Source: Yuukianura sp. NJ FZ-2021 (taxonomy: Eukaryota). From it: DNA of 64,000 nucleotides. The stretch is taken from assembly GCA_046563655.1 (NCBI GenBank), contig CM102290.1, positions 7,130,001 to 7,194,000 of the forward strand. Reading direction: 5' to 3'. Under the pieces are notes generated by a model, which was not told the DNA's origin, did no database searches, and saw nothing but the letters and a program-made list of their open reading frames with translations. The translations under genes and the position numbers were made by a program. The number at the start of each line of letters is the position of its first letter. The first letter of the stretch is position 1. Below are positions 61,619 through 64,000 of this stretch, piece after piece.

Positions 61619-63697
61619 TTAATCTGATTTTTTCCATTTCGTAAGCACCGGGAGTTTGTTACCGGACGTACTTGATAGGTCAATTTTAATTGGTACTAAG
61701 ACGTCCTCCATCTTGCTTTTCTCTTTTACTTGTTTCTCTATGGCTTCAATTCTCTTCTGTAGGTCAAATGGTGATAGCTTTGGACACTATACGAAAAAAC
61801 AAGACCATAATTCCAGCAATAATTTGAAAACTTAGTACATGTGGTCTGGAATTCCACTTTCCGAAATTAAATATTAAAAGCCACTCACTTTGCATTCGCT
61901 CCGAATGTCGAGAGCGGCTGGCAGTTGTTCCTGTAAACTTTCGAACCGACTTTCTTCTGATGGGTGAGTAGAGAACAGCTCAATCTGAATGTCACTGTTG
62001 TTCATCAATTGCATTTTCTTCCAAATCACGCACTCCCGAATATCAAAACAGGCTCGTGCAGCTAGTACTAATCCCACATTATCTAAAAACACAACCGCAA
62101 TTAATTAAATTTTGAAAAATGCAGATAAGTTATATTGACTGACGCACCAGCTTCAGCTTCCAAAGACCTTCCGAACGGAAGCGTAAGGAACACATCGGTC
62201 ATCTTCCCAATAAGCCATTGGGATACAGCAGTTGTAGCGTCTGGAAGAAAAGAAAATTTGACAGCATTTGTTAACTAATCAGTTGTAATAGTCAACTGAG
62301 GCTAATTATTTTAAATACCTGTAGGAATTAAAGCCCAAAGTGCAAGAAAAGGTACAATCAAGAACAAATCCAGCAAATGTAGGAAACTTGCTTGTTCTGC
62401 CTACAATCATTTACAGTTATTGTCATTTTAACGTTTGTTTCATTGATAGAAAATTGATGATACAGTGATAGAAAATTTTCTCACGCTGTGGTTGAGCAAA
62501 ACATGACCTAAAAAAGGACATTAAAGAGTTAATTAAAGATAACTATAAAAAAAATAATTAATTCGAAATTCGGCATTATTCGGCATAAGCATTTCTTACT
62601 AAGTTCATGACCCAAAATAATGGCCAAACGACTATCGCTGTCTCCTTCCTCACCAGCACAGAGGTCCAACAGTCCAGTGAAAACAAACACACTACCACAC
62701 TTGCTTGGACAAAACAAAGAGACATTCAATTACTGGATACAATCATGAAAATAACAGTCAGACATTAAACGATATTTAATAATTGGCTTACACTCAACAC
62801 AAAGGCATTAGCTATTTTGTCTTCAACTACAGTTATTGTCCACTGCTTGTCCTTCCCGTGCTCTCTGAGGAGATCTTTATTGGCTTCCAGAAGCTTGGTT
62901 GCTACTCGATAAACCTGTTTATGTGCTGGATGGTCTCTATTTAGAATTTTCTCACGATGAGCGTCAACTAACTGCAAAAAAAAATGCATAGAATTAGTAC
63001 TTTTGACAATAACATTTCAGAACGTAGTGAGCTGCTAAGGTTACAACACACTAAAATTCCTTACAATATCCAACTCATGCCGAGAAATCTGATCAATCTG
63101 CTCATCATTAAATATCACAAAGCGTGTTCTTTTCGTAATTGGAGCTTCAGAGACATGGGAATAGTAGTAATACCAGGCGCCAAGTCCCAAACCTCCAAGA
63201 AGCGCTGATACACAAAAAAAAACGTAGAAAATGATAGCGAATTATATTCAATTATATCTGAGCTTGTTTTAACTGACCATAACAAAAATCCACTTACTAT
63301 AAATTATTGTACGATGTCTCTTAGCCGTTGCCGCATATTCTGTTTTCGCCTCTGCTGGAAGATTCGTGTACCATACACGAAAACGGCGACCCATAAAAAC
63401 AGCTAGGTACTTTCCAAGTTTGCTGGCAAGAACAAGCACCACTGGGGGGATGGCTTGACGAGGAGCTGTAGTCCTAAACGATCGAAACAATACGACACCA
63501 TTCCAATCTCTTCCAACAGCCTTTGTCTTGACCGAATTCGTATACAGTTGTAATGTCCGATATTGCGAATTGGACGGAAAGGACAACGTACGACAAACGA
63601 GCGTGTTGTAGCCTCTAGAAGAACCCAATATCTTGCATACGGACTTTCGAACTACACCGTCCGTTCTTAGCCACAGAAATCTTGAGAATGGGAACAT
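61619..63697 (-). CDS. OMA1: OMA1 mitochondrial metalloendopeptidase (peptidase M48)
   Basis: Exons (minus) 63697-63298, 63204-63065, 62971-62792, 62699-62600, 62507-62485, 62400-62319, 62240-62148, 62082-61889, 61786-61619. Arg-rich presequence; APITKRTRF, NAFVL, VFTGLL, LGHELSH, EAEAD.VG..LAARACFD, FSTHPS. Confidence 0.95.
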
Positions 63698-64000
63698 GTC
63701 ATTAGGTTTAGAAGTATTCCTTCTCGATTACTGCAAATGCTTCAGGGACCCTACCTCTTGCCACTGGGATTCTTCAAACTAAATGAGACAACAAAAAGTG
63801 TGTTAGAACAATGGAAGTTTTGAAACCATCATCTTAGGTAAAGTAAATAGCTAACCCTTTTAACAGAGTTCTAGAATTTAGCGCTCACATTCAATTAAGC
63901 TAAGAAAAAATTGAAGGATATGACAATGTGTTAATTGAATGTTAAGTCGATAAACTATGGGTGAAAGATCGTAATTTAGTAAAGCTGCAAGATTTACCTA

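Overview
Gene-dense eukaryotic DNA, not prokaryotic: no operons, rRNA, tRNA or CRISPR were found. Most introns are short GT-AG introns of about 55-130 nt. The gene set and TTAGG-like motifs point to an arthropod, plausibly a compact-genome hexapod such as a springtail (inference only). Genes assembled by hand from splice sites and reading-frame phase, in order: the last exon of an unknown gene; an orphan Lys/Arg-rich C2HC zinc-finger gene; ariadne-2 (RBR E3 ligase, -); geminin (-); Malvolio/NRAMP (+); GTSF1/Asterix (+); plastin/fimbrin (+), with an apparent alternative first coding exon; a small secreted Cys/Thr-rich protein; a degenerate ELOVL elongase (-); a PAM2-bearing two-RRM protein of the RBM46/DND1/A1CF/Tut type (+); a large-intron neuropeptide-type GPCR with a GC-AG intron (+); and OMA1 (-). 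Intergenic and intronic DNA carries MITEs of several superfamilies (Merlin-like, two hAT, TTAA-type, foldbacks) and an internally deleted pogo element. I found no unambiguous new multi-gene system. The best leads are the PAM2-RRM protein, the elongase with altered catalytic motifs, the plastin alternative exon and the orphan GPCR. All gene models are manual and unverified by transcripts.
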